NCBI GenBank assembly: GCA_017307285.1
Contig: JAFKFI010000127.1
Location: 1 to 30,069, forward strand
From: Alphaproteobacteria bacterium
GTDB taxonomy: Bacteria > Pseudomonadota > Alphaproteobacteria > Acetobacterales > Acetobacteraceae
Reading direction: 5' to 3'
Length of the DNA stretch: 30,069 nucleotides
Shown here: piece by piece, positions 26,808 to 30,069 of the stretch
How positions within the stretch are numbered: position 1 is the stretch's first letter
Layout of the letters: every line of letters starts with the position of its first letter
Position numbers and translations under genes: made by a program
The notes under the pieces: model-generated
The model's database searches: none
Seen by the model: the letters and a program-made list of their open reading frames with translations, nothing else
What the model was told of the DNA's origin: nothing

Positions 26808-26896
26808 CCCCTCACCCCGGCCCTCTCCCACAAGGGGAGAGGGAGCAGAGAAGCCCCCTCCCCTTGTGGGAGGGGGTTGGGGGAGGGGTGAAACTC
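26808..26896. repeat. intergenic nested-hairpin repeat (ccctctccc-N-gggagaggg type) between convergent genes
   Basis: Hairpin 1: ccctctccc (26821-26829) with gggagaggg (26835-26843). Hairpin 2: ccccctcccc (26854-26863) with gggaggggg (26868-26876). Outer stem tcacccc (about 26812-26818) with ggggtga (about 26884-26890). A partial inverted copy is at the right edge of the window. Confidence 0.6.
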
Positions 26897-26915
26897 CGAG
26901 CCGCTCGTCGAATCC

Positions 26916-28406
26916 TCAGCCGCGCAGCCGCGCTACGGTGGCGGTGGTGGAATGACCCGGCAGAAGCTGCGCCAGCATCACGCGGCCACCCCAGCCCTCC
27001 ACCATCTCGTGACCGACCACATCCTCGACGGCGTAGTCGGCCCCCTTCACCAACAGCTCCGGGCGCAACGCGGCGATCAGTTCGAGCGGCGTGTCCTCGT
27101 CGAAGACGCACACCAGATCGACTGCGGCGAGGCTCGCCAGCACCGCGGCGCGGGCCGCTTCGGGCTGCACCGGGCGCGTCGGGCCCTTCAGCCGGCGGAC
27201 GCTCGAGTCGCTGTTGAGGCCGACCACCAGCCGATCGCAGGCGGCACGGGCCTGCTCTAGCAGATGCACGTGGCCAGGATGCAAGAGGTCGAAGCAGCCA
27301 TTGGTGAAGCCGGTGCGGTAGCCCATCCGGCGCCAGCGCTCGACCTGCTCGGCAGCGGCCTCGCGGCCGACCACCTTGCGCAGCGCCCCGCCCTCGGGGC
27401 TGAGTGCCGCCATCAACTCGGACTCACGCGCCACCGCCGTGCCGATCTTGCCCACGACGATGCCCGCCGCGACGTTGGCGAGCCTCACCGCGACCGGCAG
27501 TTCGAGCCCGCCGGCGAGCCCCGCCGCCAGGGTCGCGACCACGGTGTCGCCGGCACCGGAGACGTCGAACACCTCCTTGGCCTCGGCCGGGTAGTGATGC
27601 GCGCCGTGCTCGTCGAGCAAGGTCATGCCGTCCTCGGAGCGTGTCACCAGCACCGCGCCGAACCCGTGCGCGTCGCGTAGCACCCGCGCGGCGGCGACAA
27701 TCTCGGCCTCGGTCGAAATCGGCATCCCAGTCGCCTCGGAGAGCTCCCGTCGATTCGGCGTGATGATGTCGGCCCCGGCGTAACGGCTGTAGTCGAGGCC
27801 CTTGGGATCGACGATCACCCGCCGCCCCGTCTGGTGCGCGGTCTCGATCAGCTGCCTGGCAACATTGCCCGCCATCAGCCCCTTGCCGTAGTCCGACAGC
27901 ACGGTGATGCTCGTCGCGACCATCCCGTCCCGCGCGATCCGCAGCATCCGCTCGGCGAGCTTCGCCGGGATCGGCCGCGCATCCTCCTGGTCGGCGCGCA
28001 GCAACTGCTGGCCGTTGGCGACGTAGCGGGTCTTGACCGTAGTGGCACGTCCGCTCTGCACCAGCAACCAAGGCTCGACCCCCGGCTGGCCACCGACCAG
28101 CCCGGTGAGATCGGAGCCCGCCTGGTCGTCGCCCACGACGGCGACAAACGCCACGGCGGCGTTGATCGCCGTGAGATTGCGTACCACGTTGCCGGCGCCC
28201 CCCGGCATCGCCGTCTCGCGCTCGACGGTGAGGATCGGCACCGGTGCCTCGGGGCTAATACGCTGCACCTCGCCATAGGCGTAGCGGTCCAGCATCACGT
28301 CGCCAATGACCAGCACGCTGGTCTTGGACAAGCGACGGATAGCGGAAATCAGGTCCGGCGGAGGGTCTTCGGGCAGACGGTCGGAGCCGGGCGGTATGCT
28401 GTCCAT
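26916..28406 (-). CDS. hldE: bifunctional D-beta-D-heptose 7-phosphate kinase / D-beta-D-heptose 1-phosphate adenylyltransferase
   Basis: N-terminal PfkB-type kinase domain (VLVIGDVMLDRY...; DVSGAGDTVVA). C-terminal cytidylyltransferase domain (GFTNGCFDLLHPGHVHLL). Start at Met37 of the track ORF. Confidence 0.9.
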   Translation of the reverse strand: MDSIPPGSDRLPEDPPPDLISAIRRLSKTSVLVIGDVMLDRYAYGEVQRISPEAPVPILTVERETAMPGGAGNVVRNLTAINAAVAFVAVVGDDQAGSDLTGLVGGQPGVEPWLLVQSGRATTVKTRYVANGQQLLRADQEDARPIPAKLAERMLRIARDGMVATSITVLSDYGKGLMAGNVARQLIETAHQTGRRVIVDPKGLDYSRYAGADIITPNRRELSEATGMPISTEAEIVAAARVLRDAHGFGAVLVTRSEDGMTLLDEHGAHHYPAEAKEVFDVSGAGDTVVATLAAGLAGGLELPVAVRLANVAAGIVVGKIGTAVARESELMAALSPEGGALRKVVGREAAAEQVERWRRMGYRTGFTNGCFDLLHPGHVHLLEQARAACDRLVVGLNSDSSVRRLKGPTRPVQPEAARAAVLASLAAVDLVCVFDEDTPLELIAALRPELLVKGADYAVEDVVGHEMVEGWGGRVMLAQLLPGHSTTATVARLRG

Positions 28407-28470
28407 ATGAACACGCCGTAACGCCTGCCTCGCCGCCTTGCAAGCAAAGCATGAGCGGTCGGGCAGCTTT

Positions 28471-29181
28471 CTAGGCGAACAGGAATTCCACTCGATCAAG
28501 TTCCAGGACCGCACAGGTCAGCGGGCCTCCGAGCACCGCACCCGTGTCGATCCCGATTCGGTTCGATTTCACCACGGGCCCCTCCATTGGCGTGTGGCCA
28601 TGCACCACCACCGCGCCGTGATCCCCGGTCCAGGAGAGGAACGGCTCGCGGATCCACATCAGATCGAGCGATGACTGATCCTCGATCGGCACGCCCGGGC
28701 GGATGCCGGCGTGGACAAACAGATAGCCGCCCTCGCGGTGATGCAGCGCAAGGCGACGAAGGAAGCGCAGATGCTCGGCCGGGATCATCTCGCGCAGCCC
28801 ATCCTGCGCGGCGCCGTTCGGCACCTCCCAGCTGCGCAGCGAGGCCCGGCCGCCGTTCCGCATCCAATGGTCGAACGCGCCAGGATCGGCAACATCGAGC
28901 GCGTCCAGCATCATGTGCTCGTGGTTGCCCATCAGGTTGACCACCTCGACGCCGGAAAAGCCCTGGAGCAGGTGGCGCACCACCCCGGCACTGTCCGGAC
29001 CGCGATCGACGTAGTCACCGACATGCACGATGAGCGGCCGCTCGACCGGCCGCTCGGCGAGATCGGCGGCGATGCGGGCGTGCAGGGCGACCAGCCGGCC
29101 GAGGCAGCCGTGGACGTCGCCGATGGCATAGACGCGCCGGCCGGGCGGCAGCCAAGCGGGCGCGGGGATCGTGTTTCCCAT
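28471..29181 (-). CDS. PPP-family metallophosphoesterase (Ser/Thr phosphatase / ApaH-like)
   Basis: GDVHGC, GDYVDRG, GNHE, HAGI and HGH motifs. Start at the internal Met (MGNTIPAP) at 29181. Confidence 0.8.
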   Translation of the reverse strand: MGNTIPAPAWLPPGRRVYAIGDVHGCLGRLVALHARIAADLAERPVERPLIVHVGDYVDRGPDSAGVVRHLLQGFSGVEVVNLMGNHEHMMLDALDVADPGAFDHWMRNGGRASLRSWEVPNGAAQDGLREMIPAEHLRFLRRLALHHREGGYLFVHAGIRPGVPIEDQSSLDLMWIREPFLSWTGDHGAVVVHGHTPMEGPVVKSNRIGIDTGAVLGGPLTCAVLELDRVEFLFA

Positions 29182-29281
29182 GTGACGGGAGGCTAACGGT
29201 GGGGCGATGGCGATGGCGAGGCGCGCGGATTTCAACTCTGCGGCACTTGGCTCTGGGCGGTCGCGTCGGCATATCCCCGCG

Positions 29282-30031
29282 ATGGATGCGATCCGCGTGG
29301 ACAACCTCACCAAGCGCTACGGCGCCACCCTCGCGGTGGACGGCATCAGCTTTCGTGTGCCAGCCGGCGCCACGGTCGGGCTGCTCGGCGGCAACGGGGC
29401 GGGCAAGACGACCACCATCGCCATGCTGCTCGGCCTGCTGATCCCGAGCGAGGGGAGCATCCACGTGCTCGGCCAGGACATGGCGCGCGACCGTTTTGCC
29501 GCGCTTGCCCGGATGAATTTCTCCTCGCCCTATGTCGCGCTGCCGCACCGGCTGACGGTGGCCGAGAATTTGCGGGTCTACGGCCATCTCTACAACGTTC
29601 AGCACCTCGACCGGCGCATCGCGGAGCTCGCGGAAGAACTCGACCTCGGCGAGCTGCTGCGCCGCCCGGCGGGCCAGCTCTCGGCCGGGCAGAAGACACG
29701 GGTGGCGCTGGCGAAATCGCTCATCAACCGGCCCGAATTGCTGCTGCTAGACGAGCCCACCGCCAGCCTCGACCCGGACACCGGCGACCTCATGCGCTCC
29801 TGGCTCGAGCGCTACCGGGCCGAGAGCGGCTGCAGCATCCTGCTCGCCTCGCACAACATGGCGGAAGTCGAGCGGCTGTGCAGCCACGTGCTGATGCTGA
29901 AGAAGGGCCGTATCGTCGATCAGGGCAGCCCTGACGATCTGCTGTCGCGTTACGGGCGGGAGGATCTGGAAGAGGTGTTCCTCGACATCGCCCGCGACCG
30001 GCGGCGCGAAATCGAGCGGGTGCGGGCGTGA
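29282..30031 (+). CDS. ABC transporter ATP-binding protein (ABC-2/DrrA-like)
   Basis: Walker A GGNGAGKTT. Signature LSAGQKTRVALAKS. Walker B LLLLDEPTASLD. H-loop ILLASHNM. Confidence 0.85.
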   Translation: MDAIRVDNLTKRYGATLAVDGISFRVPAGATVGLLGGNGAGKTTTIAMLLGLLIPSEGSIHVLGQDMARDRFAALARMNFSSPYVALPHRLTVAENLRVYGHLYNVQHLDRRIAELAEELDLGELLRRPAGQLSAGQKTRVALAKSLINRPELLLLDEPTASLDPDTGDLMRSWLERYRAESGCSILLASHNMAEVERLCSHVLMLKKGRIVDQGSPDDLLSRYGREDLEEVFLDIARDRRREIERVRA

Positions 30032-30040
30032 TTGATCAAG

Positions 30041-30069
30041 ACGTGCCGCCTCTGTCCCCTCCCCCAACC
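30041..30069. repeat. partial copy, in inverted orientation, of the 26.8-kb nested-hairpin repeat, truncated by the window edge
   Basis: cccctcccccaacc (30056-30069) is the reverse complement of ggttgggggagggg at 26877-26890. Confidence 0.4.

Overview
This is a high-GC (about 68-70%) window of roughly 40 genes that reads like an alphaproteobacterial chromosome, with housekeeping and envelope functions and no transposase, integrase, CRISPR array, tRNA or rRNA. The supported genes are: a secreted caspase-like protein with a peptidoglycan-binding domain; a periplasmic c-type-heme (DUF3365) sensor ending in a HAMP domain, next to a soluble Hanks-type Ser/Thr kinase with a duplicated C-terminal module; PaiB; a CynX-like MFS transporter; an M17 aminopeptidase; a MarR regulator; a J-domain membrane protein; an NMT1-like binding protein; several alpha/beta hydrolases; a BI-1/YccA protein; the conserved divergent tesA / ybbA-ybbP module; ThpR; a UDG-family protein; a PEP-CTERM beta-propeller protein; a His-rich secreted protein; a GntR-led operon encoding an SPFH (stomatin) domain fused in frame to a periplasmic serine-hydrolase domain; a zincin-like peptidase; pterin-4a-carbinolamine dehydratase overlapping a cytoplasmic formylglycine-type sulfatase; an Rrf2 regulator; an MmcB-like protein; HldE; a PPP-type phosphatase; and an ABC ATPase. 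The main points for a second look are: (i) an HAMP-only heme sensor paired with a transmembrane-less Ser/Thr kinase across a hairpin-rich intergenic region; (ii) the SPFH-serine-hydrolase fusion under a short GntR regulator that has an operator palindrome; (iii) two copies of a roughly 55-bp palindromic REP/MITE-like element, one of which appears to have replaced the 3' end of the PEP-CTERM gene and left no in-frame stop; (iv) a second, nested-hairpin repeat family present at 26.8 kb and again, partially, at the right window edge; (v) two tandem small disordered-protein genes behind a candidate EcfG-type stress promoter; (vi) a caspase-like domain that seems to lack both catalytic residues. 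Gene starts in this GC-rich DNA were chosen by homology-consistent N-termini and SD-like motifs; many of the long opposite-strand ORFs in the track are composition artefacts.
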